From Paramoeba atlantica (taxonomy: Eukaryota; Protista; Discosea), in NCBI GenBank assembly GCA_977017575.1, contig CDRNVI010000049.1, positions 186,001 through 250,000 on the forward strand: DNA of 64,000 nt. Reading direction: 5' to 3'. How positions within the stretch are numbered: position 1 is the first letter of the stretch; every line of letters starts with the position of its first letter. Below are positions 11,118-22,057 of the stretch, piece by piece. Both the position numbers and the translations under genes were made by a program. The notes under the pieces were generated by a model. It was not told where the DNA came from. It ran no database searches and saw only the letters and a list, made by a program, of their open reading frames with translations.

Positions 11118-11800
11118 CCTATCCTATCCTATAAGACCGATTTGCATCGGTTAAGAACACATCCGTTTTATTCGTCGCTTCGACGTCTTCTCTCAGGTGA
11201 ATTCGCCCTTTCATGCTCCTGGTCCGCTGAACCGGGCGTGGTACGTCTTTCATGCAACTTTGTATTTTTGGCATCACATTCCTCAGGCAAACACTCTTTC
11301 TTTTCAGGAGAATCCACTCCAGTCTCTACAGGTGGCGAGGTACCCTTTTTGGAGAGAGGATCACCTTCTGCAATCTTGAAGTAATCCCGTATTTTCCCTA
11401 ATGGCTTAGGTATTTGCCACAGTGTTTCCGAGGACGATTCATGTTTTGAACGGTTTCTGAGCTAACCCTTTGAGCTTCTGAGGCACTTGTCGCAGTCTTT
11501 CTCCTCTTTATTTCTGAGGCTGGGACTATTTTTCTCGACCCTGCAAGCGCCAAGGTGTCTGCCTTCTCATTGTAAATGTTCCCGTTGTGGAATTTCACTT
11601 TGCACACGTAACACCTTTTATCCATCGATTGGAGCGTTCGAATTTCCCGATCCAATTTCTCAAGGATACCCCCATTCGGTAGATTGTTATACCCAATGAT
11701 TCGCCGTCGTAGACGAGTATGATGGAAGAAATTCCATACATAGAACGAATCGGTGTGTATAACAACTGTTTGAGCCTCATTAGGTATCCTTTCCAGCGCT
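11118..11800 (-). mobile_element. 3' end of an RNase H-bearing LINE with (ATAGG)n tail
   Basis: CYVCKVKFHNGNIYNEKADTLALAG (RNase H C-terminus). The 3' end aagaccgatt..catcggttaag with cctat repeats is shared with 17815-17860. Confidence 0.7.
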
Positions 11801-12142
11801 TCCGAAGAAAAGAATGTCTAGTGGAAATGACGAAAATGAAGATGAGGAAAAAAAATCAAGGGGGTACGTCCCGGGTTCGTTGAGTACTCAACGAAGTGTC
11901 ACCACTTGGTTGAATAATCAACGAAGTGTTATACACTTTGTTGAGTACTCAACGAGTATTTTTGTGCGTGATCGTGAGTATTCTTTTTGATGATGATGAT
12001 GTATTCTTTTTACTTTTGTTAGGCCCAGGAAGTGCACATTTATATCAAATTTCAAAAGAAAATAATAGAAAACAAGAATAGCAAATATGTTCAAATTTAT
12101 CGTGTTTTCTTATCAACTATTCGCAAAAAAAATTAACGGTTC

Positions 12143-14254
12143 ATGGCGCGCGACAGCCCCAATCGAATTGAGGACGCGGAAGATTTGGTTCGCCGTTTTC
12201 TTTCTTATATTGATCGTCAGAATCGCAACAGTGAGCGCTTGAGTGGCAACAGTGAGCGCTTTAATCAGGGCGATGGTGATGGGCCTTGGGAAGATCAACG
12301 AGTTGAAATTCCATCTACGCAAGTTGCTCGTCGCACTTGTAGTGGATGTGTTGGGTTTGCGTGCGTTCGTTCGTGAAAAAACTTGCGCCACATTCCTCAA
12401 GGCGAGTCCGCCATCGAATGGATGTTAAACCATCATCTGCTTCGACACCCTCGTTGCGAAAAACATGGCCCTGACTACATGAGGGAAGTACGCGGAAGAC
12501 CGCACGTAGAAATATGTACGTATCGTGCTGACGATGCTCGCAACCCATGTCGTGCGCGAGCGTTTAGATTCTCCCCTTTTTTGAACAGTCGCCCTGGGGT
12601 GGATATAGACAAAGTAGTCAGCCCGAAAGTACCAATCAACGATGAAAGTTTCACTGCAGAAGAGCTCGAGGACGGCATCAGTAGACTAGCGCGCAACAAG
12701 GCACCTGGAATAGACCAAATTCCGGCGGAGGCACTCAGAATGATCACAGAACATGCTGAGCTGAGAAAATCCTTATTACATATTATAAACGAGGTTCATC
12801 GAACAGGGGTTTCGCCTGCGTCCTGGAAAATTGTCCTTCAGGTGCCTATTCCAAAAAAAGGCGACCTGACACAAATAGCGAATTGGCGGCCAATCTGTCT
12901 CGTGAACAGTGCGGTTAAATTGATGAATGCAATGATCCTGAAAAGAATCAGACCATCCATCGAGCCGCTCCTTCGCGACAGTCAATTTGGTTTTCGGCCA
13001 GAAAGTTCCACGGCAGGGGCGCAAATCATTTTGAATGATGCAAGAGTTCGTGCGACCAGGGGAAAGAAAGGCATTGCAGCGGCATTCATGGACTTCGCAA
13101 AAGCATTTCCCTCGGTATCGTTTCATGCCATCCGTGCTGCATTGAATGCCTTTCATGTCGGACCCGCGCTTACTAGGATGGTAATGTCCTTGTACTCGAA
13201 TTTAAAAGGAATAGTCCGCACACCATACGGAAATACGGATTCTTTTCCCATTGAAACAGGAATTCTTCAAGGGGACGTGCTTGCTCCTTACCTCTTTGTG
13301 CTTGTAATTGATAGGATTCTCAACAAAGCACTCGATAACAAGCCGCTCGGGATTCTTCTAAGGAGCAGCAGGACGAAAAGCAGGGGAATTCAAGAATTTA
13401 GACTAAAGGACATCGACTACGCAGACGACATAGCACTTTTAGCTTCCACGAAACATGAAATATCGCAAATGATCGAAGCTACGGCAAATGAGGCAAAACC
13501 AGCTAATCTGAGGATTGCCGTGGGGAAAACCAAGACTGCGTGGATGGCCTTTGGGAAAGTTCCGGGGGGGACGCGAGAACTTCGAGCAGGATCGCTTGGC
13601 AAAATTCCTCTTGTGGATTCCTACCGGCATCTTGGTCATCTTCAAGATGCTACAGCATCATCCCCCATCAAGGGCAGGCTAAGGCTCACATGGGCAGCAT
13701 TTCGTAAACTCAGTGGCATTTTGGCTTCTCCTCTGAGTGCTGCCACGAAAATACGCCTGTTTGACTGCTTGATCTACCCTATTTTAACGTTTGGTGCATC
13801 CTGTCTTTCTCTTTCTAACAAAATGCTTCGAAAAACGGAGGTTGAGGTAAATATGATGAGGAGATTCGCTTGTAACTCAGCAAAGCTTGACGATTTCGGA
13901 CACTGCTACAAGGGGTTTGTCACTTTGAGGGGCCACCATACCAATCACGCGGAAGCTGCGCATCGAACCATTAAACAATGGACGAAACAGCAACGCTGCA
14001 ACTATGGGGCGAAATCGATGGACCTTCGGCGAAACGTGGCTCTCCAATGCGTCAAATATGGCTACGGCAAAACAGAGCGCCGAAAAGCGTGGCAGACTCG
14101 GTTCATTAACATTCTCGAATGCATCTGCACTCATTACGGGTACGAGGCAAATGACGAGCAGTTGGATGTAAGCGATAGCCGCTGCTCATTCTACTTGAGC
14201 GAAGACGCATCAATTTCCAGCGAAGACATGCTAGGGAGTGATGAATCGGAATAA
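12143..14254 (+). CDS. Chimeric ORF: Merlin N-terminal Zn ribbon + complete RTE-like reverse transcriptase + Merlin C-terminus (one TGA at 12374-12376)
   Basis: N part: EWMLNHHLLRHPRCEKH...C...C. RT: NKAPGIDQIP, NWRPICL, QFGFRP, DFAKAFPSV, GILQGDVLAP, YADD, YRHLG. C part: GFVTLRGHHTNHAEAAHRTIKQW. ORFs 12143-12376 and 12383-14254 share one frame. Confidence 0.8.
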
Positions 14255-14651
14255 ATAAGCAGTCTTTTTCGTAGAGAAATACACACTACATACTATATCC
14301 CAGCGGCGTCCACAGCAACGGTTCTTGTACATAAAATCGTATCCAAGATTTTCTGTGGTTTTTCTTGGTGTCGCGCGGATTGATTCTTTTCGAATTATCC
14401 ATACCATAGTCAGCATTCAACAATTTATCCATAATATGGAGCAGATTTTGTGACATCCAATTCGTCCACAGCACCGGTTATTTGTACATAAAATCGCATC
14501 CAGGATTTTCTGTGGTTTTTCTTGGTGACACGCGTATTCTCTTTTTTCCGATATTCTAGAGCATAATAATCAGCTAAATGTTTGTGCATAACGTTTCTGG
14601 AGGAAACATCTCTCATTTAATTAGTTTCTTCGATGCAACGATTAATTGTAA

Positions 14652-14945
14652 ATCCTGCGGAAGGGGTAAACACAGGTTCTCACTGCGCGACCCGCGAGCT
14701 GGAGCGCAGGGGTCGCCAAAAAATATAATTATATCCCAGGGCTAAGCTCACAGTTTGGTCTTGCTCGCAAACGGGGGCCTTGCTGTGGACTTCGGCTTCG
14801 CTCACAGTTGGGCCTTGCCTCTGGATAATCCTGCGGAAGGGGTAAACACAGGTTCTCAGTGCGCGACCCGCGCGCTGGAGCGCGCGGGTCGCCGAAAAAT
14901 ATTATTATGTCCCAGGGCTAAGCTCACAGTTGGGCCTTGCTTGTG
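14652..14945. repeat. ~110-bp direct repeat with GC hairpin inside the Merlin element; a further ~75-bp repeat pair at 14310-14535
   Basis: atcctgcggaaggggtaaacacaggttctca... occurs twice; 13-bp stem gcgacccgcgcgc/gcgcgcgggtcgc. Confidence 0.85.
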
Positions 14946-16329
14946 GACTTGGGCTTCGCTCACAGTTGGACCTTGCCCCTGGAAGACAACCCTGGAAGTG
15001 GCAGACATAGGTTCTCAGTGCTTGACCCAGCGAAAACACACTCGTTGAGTACTCAAGCAAGTGTACAACAAGTCGTTGAGTACTCAACGAAGTGTCACCA
15101 CTTGGTTGAATAATCAACGAAGTGTTATACAGTTCGTTCAGTGCTCGTTGAGTTCAGTACAGTTCGTTCAGTTCGTTGAGTACTCAACGAACCCGGGACA
15201 TAGCCAATCAAGTTTTGTCTTTTGGGAAAAAAGTCCCTTTTCTATTTTATACACTTCTTAAGCCGAGAGTCAGAGCTTAATACCATACCTTGTCGGTTCA
15301 TGAAACAATGAAAAACCTTTGTACAGTGGTCGTCGGCATAACGTGCCCTTTCTCTAGAATGCGCCATTTTTTTTTGCTTATTTTTTTAGCAGTGAAGAGA
15401 TATTGGCGAGCATGTGCCAAAGATGGAGTCATTTCTCTAAAATGAACAATTTTTCCGAAATTTTTGCGAACGATAAAATATTCTTTTTTTGGAATCGTTT
15501 TTCGGTTTCTTCTATAGTTGATGTACTTACATAACACCGTGAGGTATTTTGTGTTCCTTGCTACACATTTTTACATGATACACTTTCCTATGGTACATAA
15601 ATCAAATCATTATTAGCCTTCTTGTAACACAAAGGAACAGGGCATTCCAATCCGGGTGCGCAAAGCAAATAACTTTCTTATGAGCCCCAGTGCGGGGATA
15701 GGGGTGTTGTTCTGCGCAAAACGTCCAATGCCGTTAGTATCTGTAGATATGTGCGGGTTTCAGTGAGTCGCTGTGGGCTGCTTTGATTCGTTGCGACTAG
15801 ATGTGAGTATCACGATGGACGAGTCAGAATCCAGAATAACCAAGTGTCTCCACCCCAAACTCCTATGGCACCCAAGGCTTGACATCTTGGAGCCCAGCGT
15901 ACTTTTTTCTTCAGGCAGGTTGTTGGACGGGATGAATCTTCCTCAATGAACTTCGGCTGAGCAGCTCAGCCAGATTCTCCTGAAAGGGAGTATGCCCCTC
16001 CTCTTACTCACTAAGTTGATGATGATGATGCTTTGAGTCTTTTGACTCCGAAAAGTTATGGCCCCTCAACTCCCCAAACGGGTAGTCCGAATACGTCTGG
16101 GCAGCAAGCTATGGCTGACCTCCGCTTGGAGAGGAATGAGGTTTCCAAATATTATTCTCCAATAAAGGAAGCCAATAATTAACAGCTCGGATAGGTGGGG
16201 CTCGCTACTCCCCAACATGGTTTAACATGTTAAGCCACGACCCTGCCTAACTTTAAATTGTTGTGTGGATACTACCCTAGTTTCTTGACGTCTTGTTTTA
16301 CTGACGCCGGGTAGTTCCCCAACATGGGA

Positions 16330-16700
16330 GATGGTGGCGACGAAGGGGTCGGCGAAAGGGGGCGCGGCCGAGAGCGCGATCGGAGAGAGAGCGCGGCGGG
16401 GAGCACGACGGGAAGCTCGGCGGGATCTGCGGCGGGGAGCGCGCGGAGAAGCGCGGCTGGGAGAGCGACGGGGAGCGGCGGAGAGGACGAGAAGGCGGGC
16501 GAGTAGGCGGCCAGCTGCTGGTGCGCAGGGGGCGAGCAGGGAGCAAGCAGGGTAGCGAGCAGTGCGGCCAGCAGGCGGCGAGCTGTGTGGCGAGCAGGGG
16601 GCGAGAAGGGCGGTGCACGGGGGGCCAGGAGGGCGGCGCACGATCGGGGGAGGGCGGCGCACAAGAGGGCAGGGAAGGGGGCGGGCGGGTGAGTTAGCTC
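16330..16700. repeat. GC-rich low-complexity degenerate repeats
   Basis: Runs of gcggcgggagc / gcgagcaggg units. The overlapping Arg/Pro/Ala ORFs carry no domain signal. Confidence 0.7.
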
Positions 16701-17099
16701 GGGAATCTGGTGTCGCTAAGCCCCATCATCCGACAAAAGTCGGATGCCCTGACTACCGCATACTTACAAGGATATATACAAGGCAGCAAGGTACACTCAC
16801 TAAGTTACTGGTTCATGCACCATTTCATGAAAAAAGTGGTTCATGAAATGGTTCATGAAGTGGTTCATTGGTTCATGAACTAACAATGTATGTAAGACCG
16901 TATTGTCGATTACGTTTTGCGGCAAACGAGACCACGCTTTTGGTACATATCGGATAATTTAAGGCTTATATATGAAGGCTTATATAGGCTATGGGCTAAT
17001 ATAGCACTCCGCCCCCTTTGCCACTCCGCCAACTCCGCCCCCCAAATATTATTAATATACTATTTAGTACTTATTAGTATATAGTATGTATGGTTCCAC

Positions 17100-17810
17100 T
17101 TGGCGTAACACAGTAGCGCAGCACGGCCCAAGCACATTGCTTGGAGAGAAGAGGAATCTTTGATATGAACTCTTCAAATTTCGGAATTTGATTCAAGGTC
17201 CAATTCGTCTCCCGGACAGGTTCGCAAGAGACGTATGCTCCCAGAAATTCAGGCCGAAAGGGCTATGTTGTACCCAAAAAGATTCCAGAAGCTGAAATTG
17301 ACACTTCTTCCTCGCGCTCACGTGACACTTGGTGCGGTTAATCAATAGATTGAGGCGTCAAAAGCGCTCTTCAAGTAAGAGGGAAGCGCGATGTACGAGT
17401 GCGGGAGGTCCGAGGAAACCTCAAAATTTCCGTGCTCCAAATATATCCGGAAGAGGCGGCCGGACTCTGCGGATGATGATGATACCAGCTATTTTCAGGA
17501 ACGCTTCCCCCATTGCGATAGGGCGACAGGCCGGGAGCTCGTCAGTAGGGGGGGATTCTCTTTTCGGATTAGCAAGAGTCGGGATGTCGTAAGTGCGTTT
17601 CGGAGATCAGGCTTTAATTTGTTGTTTAGAATGCCTTCCAGGGTCCACACCACGCATTCGATGACTTCCGGGATATCCAAGAAAGGGAAAACCAACTCCC
17701 GGGTCCATCCCGATGTACCGGGGGCGTCCCCCCGTGCCATGCGAGAAACTCCGTCTCGGACCTCTTCCTCGTTCAATTTAACATCCTTCGTTGGGCGGAT
17801 AGCTGGGTCT
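17100..17810 (-). mobile_element. CRE-like RT fragment, internally deleted
   Basis: RGDAPGTSGWTREL...SRLLLIRKE...RPVA (RT domains 0-2), then FLGAYV...AVLRYCVTP. Confidence 0.7.
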
Positions 17811-17814
17811 GGTA

Positions 17815-18290
17815 TAATCCCATCCTATTCTAATAGACCGATTTTCATCGGTTAAGAGTACTTCCGTTTTTGTTTTAAAAAAAAACGCAGGTTTTTTGTA
17901 CCTGCGAGAGCAAAGGTGTCTGCCTTATCATTGTGTATGTTCCCGTTGTGCGATTTCACTTTGCACAAGTAACACCTTTTATCTCTTGCCTGGGTAGTTC
18001 GTATTTCGAGATCTAATTTCTCTGGTATAAAGTAGCCTTTTTTGTGGAATTTTTCCGCTACCCGTAGCGCGACGTCCGGGGGAAGAGGAGTTCGTGAAGA
18101 GTCGAGCGCCCGTGCTGCTCTGCCAAGTGCGCGTGCTATTGCCAATCGATCAGCTCTCAGTGTGCTCGATATCGGGCTCTGCATCCTTTTCTCTGTTTGC
18201 TCGTGAAAAGTTGGTTCCATAGAAGTGCTTCGGTAGCGTATTTCATGTGCCATGGCTCTTTCACTCATACGCTGTCGAGTAAGTAACATA
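17815..18290 (-). mobile_element. LINE RNase H 3' fragment
   Basis: RCYLCKVKSHNGNIHNDKADTFALAG; 3' end shared with 11118-11165. Confidence 0.7.
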
Positions 18291-18534
18291 CAGCGTTTTA
18301 CAGCTTCAATAAATTTCCATACAAGCGCAATTTTCCCTTCTTGCGCGCTTTCGCGAAAAGGAAGACATATCTTCTTTCAGATCTCCTTCCACGGGGGTAT
18401 CTGCGCATGGGAGGAAGAGAAAGAAGCTCTATGAAAGGAAGTATTGCTTCTATATTTTCTGGTTCATGCGGCCTATTTACGTCGTTTACTATTCTTTCGA
18501 GCAATGTTCCTTCGGGGGACGCATCCTCCGTTCA

Positions 18535-18937
18535 AAACAAAAATCATTCCGGATTGCTCCGGATGTTCACTGGCAAGCCAGACCCTTCACAGACAGATTT
18601 GGAAGTTCCGAGGCCGACGTCCTCTACCAGTTCCCGCTTTCCCAAGGCGGCACCAACCTGCTGTTACCAACACGATGAGCCCACGAATTGTACGTCGACA
18701 CGGCTCACCCAAGAGGTGTGAGCCGGGTAAGGGAGCTGGTTCCATGAGGGGGGTCCAAAAATCCAAAACAAAAATCCATAATGGGGGGGGTCCGGGACGG
18801 TCCTCCAAGTACTGGGCCTAGTCGGTTCTCAGCCCAGCCTCTTAGAGTGGCCGCCGGGAATAATGCGATGAGCGGGTTTGAACTCGCCGTCTGAGCACCA
18901 TGTTCTTCCAACTTTGAATTCTTGCCACTCCGCCAAC
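18535..18937 (-). mobile_element. tRNA-derived SINE family 1
   Basis: A-box TGGCGGAGTGG, B-box GAGTTCAAACCC, body matches the other two copies. Confidence 0.8.
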
Positions 18938-18944
18938 ACAAAGG

Positions 18945-19655
18945 CTTTACGCGCTAAAAACCGTAATCAAAAAAATCATTCATGATAGTTTATATATTTA
19001 ACATTTACCATTTTTTCACTTTTTCGCCTCTCAATCTTATACACGCTTTGAGGCGAGCATCGAAACTCAAAACAGTTTTATCAATCATTTTGTGTGGCAA
19101 ACGAGACCACGCATTCCGTATGCATCGGATGAGTGAGGATTTGTCTGATGGGGTCTTCTCGTCCACCACCTCTTGGACCATAGACCAGGCGTTTTCTGTG
19201 GGGGAAAGGTCTGGTGAATTGGGGGGCCAATTTTTCAATAGATCTTTCATTCTATTCCAAGTTTTGCTCCAATTTCTTCGAGATTCAATACATTTTTTTC
19301 GTTCAGGGCTCAAAGTGTATTCTGGGGTCAAGTTTTCTTCGCTAAGGTATTTTCTTACAATCTTTACTGAGAGGTTAAAATCACGAGACAATTGCTTTTT
19401 TGATACACCTCGACTGTATCTCATCCTCAATAGAACTTTTCCACTGTTTGTAAGTCCCCCTTTCGGCAACCGAAATGCGGATTTAGGGATTTTTGGGAAA
19501 AAGTGAAGTCTTTTTTTTTGAAGTTTTTAAAATGAGCTGAAAACATCGGGAACGTGGAGATCTCAAAATTTTGAACGACAAAGCGGTACCGTAACCACCT
19601 TTACTCCCGCTGTACAAAAAAAAGAGGGGGGTGACTTATTCGCTGTGGGGGGTTT
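18945..19655 (-). mobile_element. Internally deleted Tc1/mariner copy (same family as 4407-5578)
   Basis: An HTH-like N-terminus is fused to NWPPNSPDLSPTENAW...DKTVLSFDARLKACIRLRG. The left TIR is at 19622-19655. Confidence 0.8.
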
Positions 19656-20447
19656 ATAATAGAAGAAAAAAATATAACAGGGGGCTCCGGTGGTCGAAAA
19701 CTGAAAAAAAAATTGAAAAAAATGGGGGGTCCATGTGGGGGGCATACGTCGCGATTTTTTTTTTCGAATTTTTTGCTTTTCGAAATCGAGCGCAGGGAAG
19801 TGGTAGAGTATGCCGCGGCGATAACCCCCCCCCCCTGGTACGCGCAGGAAGGGTCCGACAAGGTCAAAATTTGGAGCATTTGCGCACTCGAAAAATTCGA
19901 TTTTTCGAAAAACGTTCGAAAACGTTCGTTGAATCTTCAACGAACGGGCCCTCAAGCCGGTTTGTATTTCGTATGAAATACAAATTTATATAGGATAGCG
20001 AGGGAGTAGTATCTCCCTCAGCAAGTAATATACTTGTAAGTGTATAAGTAACACTCTTTTTTCTAAAAGGAAAAGAAATATTTTTTTGTTTTCAAAAATG
20101 ATCCAAAATAGCGGGAAGGTAGATTCAGAGGCCCTAACTACCCAATACTAAAAATAAAACCAATACCAGCGAACTACCCAATACTAAAAAAAGCACGTTG
20201 TGCAGCAAGAGGTTAACTAAAGGAGGCAGCAAGCATACAGCAAAAGAAAAAACTACATCAGCGAACAATACTGAAGGAAAATCAAGACAACTCGACAAAG
20301 TCAAGTAGTGAAGAAAGAGCATCAGATTCATATAAAAGATGCGCAAGACGTGTGAAGCTTAACTAAAATTTGGAAATAGTGTTTCTAAATATTTTTTGCA
20401 TTACGGTTCTTTTGTTTAATGGTGTCTCCATACTGTTATGGCAAAAA

Positions 20448-21707
20448 TTACCAAGCAAGGAAAGTAGATTTTCTTGGGAAATTGTGAGCAACACTCCTCG
20501 TTAAGTTAGCTTGAGAGTTTCCCTTTATATTCTTCATAGACCTAGGGAAAAGGATTGAGCGGAAACAAAAAGACATATACTGAAGGTCCGCATACTTGGA
20601 ATACATGTCAACAAAATAATTGGATTGCATGAATCGTTGATTTACACTGGTATGTGCTTGTGGGTATTCGTAATTGAGAATCGAATTTATTGAAAGCCAG
20701 TTGAACCTCCAACAGCGAAGAAAGCAGTGTGGACGTGGGCGTCTAGATATTTGAAAATAATTTCTGCATGTATATTTCCAAACGGATGCCATTAAAGTAC
20801 CCCTCGATATACGCAAGGTTGGATTAACTTCGTCCATAGGCGGAGCAGAAACTACAGAAGAGGTATCAACAAAAGTTCTCTGAATCGGCTTGGGAACGAA
20901 ATACGGTCGCGGAGAGAAGTTTAAGCTGCTTAAATTAGGACGTGGATCCGAGCGCCTCGCCCGAGAAAAGTTGTTGTTGACGCTTGCCACATGGTGGCAT
21001 TCCTGCTCTAAGGAAGTACAGGTTGCAGTTCTTCTACGGTGCTCAATTTCCTTGTATGTGGTTTGCTCGATGTTAAACCACTCAACTGGGGGCCCAAGAA
21101 AAATAACAGGTAGAGGCACAGAGGGAAGACTCAAAGGTAACTTGTGCAGAGATGCATCCTTTACACTTATAAAACATTTTTTCGTAGGTGCATAGTATTG
21201 CACGTGCCTTGCTGCAAAGACTAGCAAGCGGCTTTTCGAGACCGCATCGTGAACGCGTCGCCACTTGGAGTTGTAATACACTGAAGGGGAGGAGGAAGCA
21301 CATGTTACTGGATGATGCTTTAGAAAGGCCGCGATGTGCTCTTCTGTGGTATAGTTCAGTGGGGCCGCAATGGTCGTCGGACGAAAAAGGATTCCGCGTT
21401 CCCCAGATTTTATAACTGCATCATTGTTTTCAAAAAACCTCCTCGTGCCCCATTTTTGGGATGAAAAAGACTTTGTGGAGGGAGATTGCTCAAGCAAGTC
21501 ACACAATTCTGCGTTAACCGGAGATTTCGTCCTTATATTAATGTAAATTGACATTGCCTGGGTTAGTTGCACTAGGCTAGATACAACATGTACGATAACA
21601 AGGTACAACGTAACAGTAAATCGAGGTTTTATACATGAAGTTTTAATCATGAAGCACAATTTCTGGTTACGTGAATAATTCAGAATTTTTTTACTTTGAC
21701 AATTCAA
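20448..21707 (-). CDS. Hypothetical protein (start uncertain; Met at 21653 or 21557)
   Basis: 419-codon ORF co-oriented with the gene cluster; no recognisable domain. Confidence 0.55.
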   Translation of the reverse strand: MNCQSKKILNYSRNQKLCFMIKTSCIKPRFTVTLYLVIVHVVSSLVQLTQAMSIYINIRTKSPVNAELCDLLEQSPSTKSFSSQKWGTRRFFENNDAVIKSGERGILFRPTTIAAPLNYTTEEHIAAFLKHHPVTCASSSPSVYYNSKWRRVHDAVSKSRLLVFAARHVQYYAPTKKCFISVKDASLHKLPLSLPSVPLPVIFLGPPVEWFNIEQTTYKEIEHRRRTATCTSLEQECHHVASVNNNFSRARRSDPRPNLSSLNFSPRPYFVPKPIQRTFVDTSSVVSAPPMDEVNPTLRISRGTLMASVWKYTCRNYFQISRRPRPHCFLRCWRFNWLSINSILNYEYPQAHTSVNQRFMQSNYFVDMYSKYADLQYMSFCFRSILFPRSMKNIKGNSQANLTRSVAHNFPRKSTFLAW

Positions 21708-22057
21708 CGTGAATATTCCTGATGAGTCCTGTCCCCATGTTTTCTGCAGTTCCCTACTACTACGCTACTATACTAGCTCAGTGAAATATTTTGAACTGCT
21801 ACATTTTAACGGTCGATAATTCGAATTGATACATGTATGTCTGTCTAGTGTTTGAACATTTAATTCTGCTTCGTTTACTAAAATTTCGAAAGCGGCCTAA
21901 TGAGCAACGTTTTCTAATGGAGCCGACTAAAGAACACAGCCGCTGTTGTGAAACCCAGGTGAAGGGTATGTCATGTGGTGAAAGGTCGACTTTTCGTCCT
22001 GACTCTGCCGATTAACGTTAAGTAAACGTAAATCCAGCCATGAGCATACTCCACACG

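Larger units (their letters stand above)
11862..15205 (+). mobile_element. Merlin-type DNA transposon with intact TIRs and TSD
   Basis: TIR GG(G/C)TA(C/T)GTCCCGGGTTCGTTGAGTACTCAACGAA. Flanks AATCAAGG (11854-11861) / AATCAAGT (15206-15213). Repeated sub-terminal palindromes GTTGAGTACTCAAC at both ends. Confidence 0.85.

Noticed and set aside
16222-16846. Overlapping Arg/Pro/Ala-rich ORFs
   Set aside because: Stop-poor GC-rich repeat sequence with no domain signal.
21716-21750. Hammerhead core CTGATGA
   Set aside because: No stem II or downstream GAAA. The same applies to the CTGATGAAAC hits at ~44293 and ~51068.
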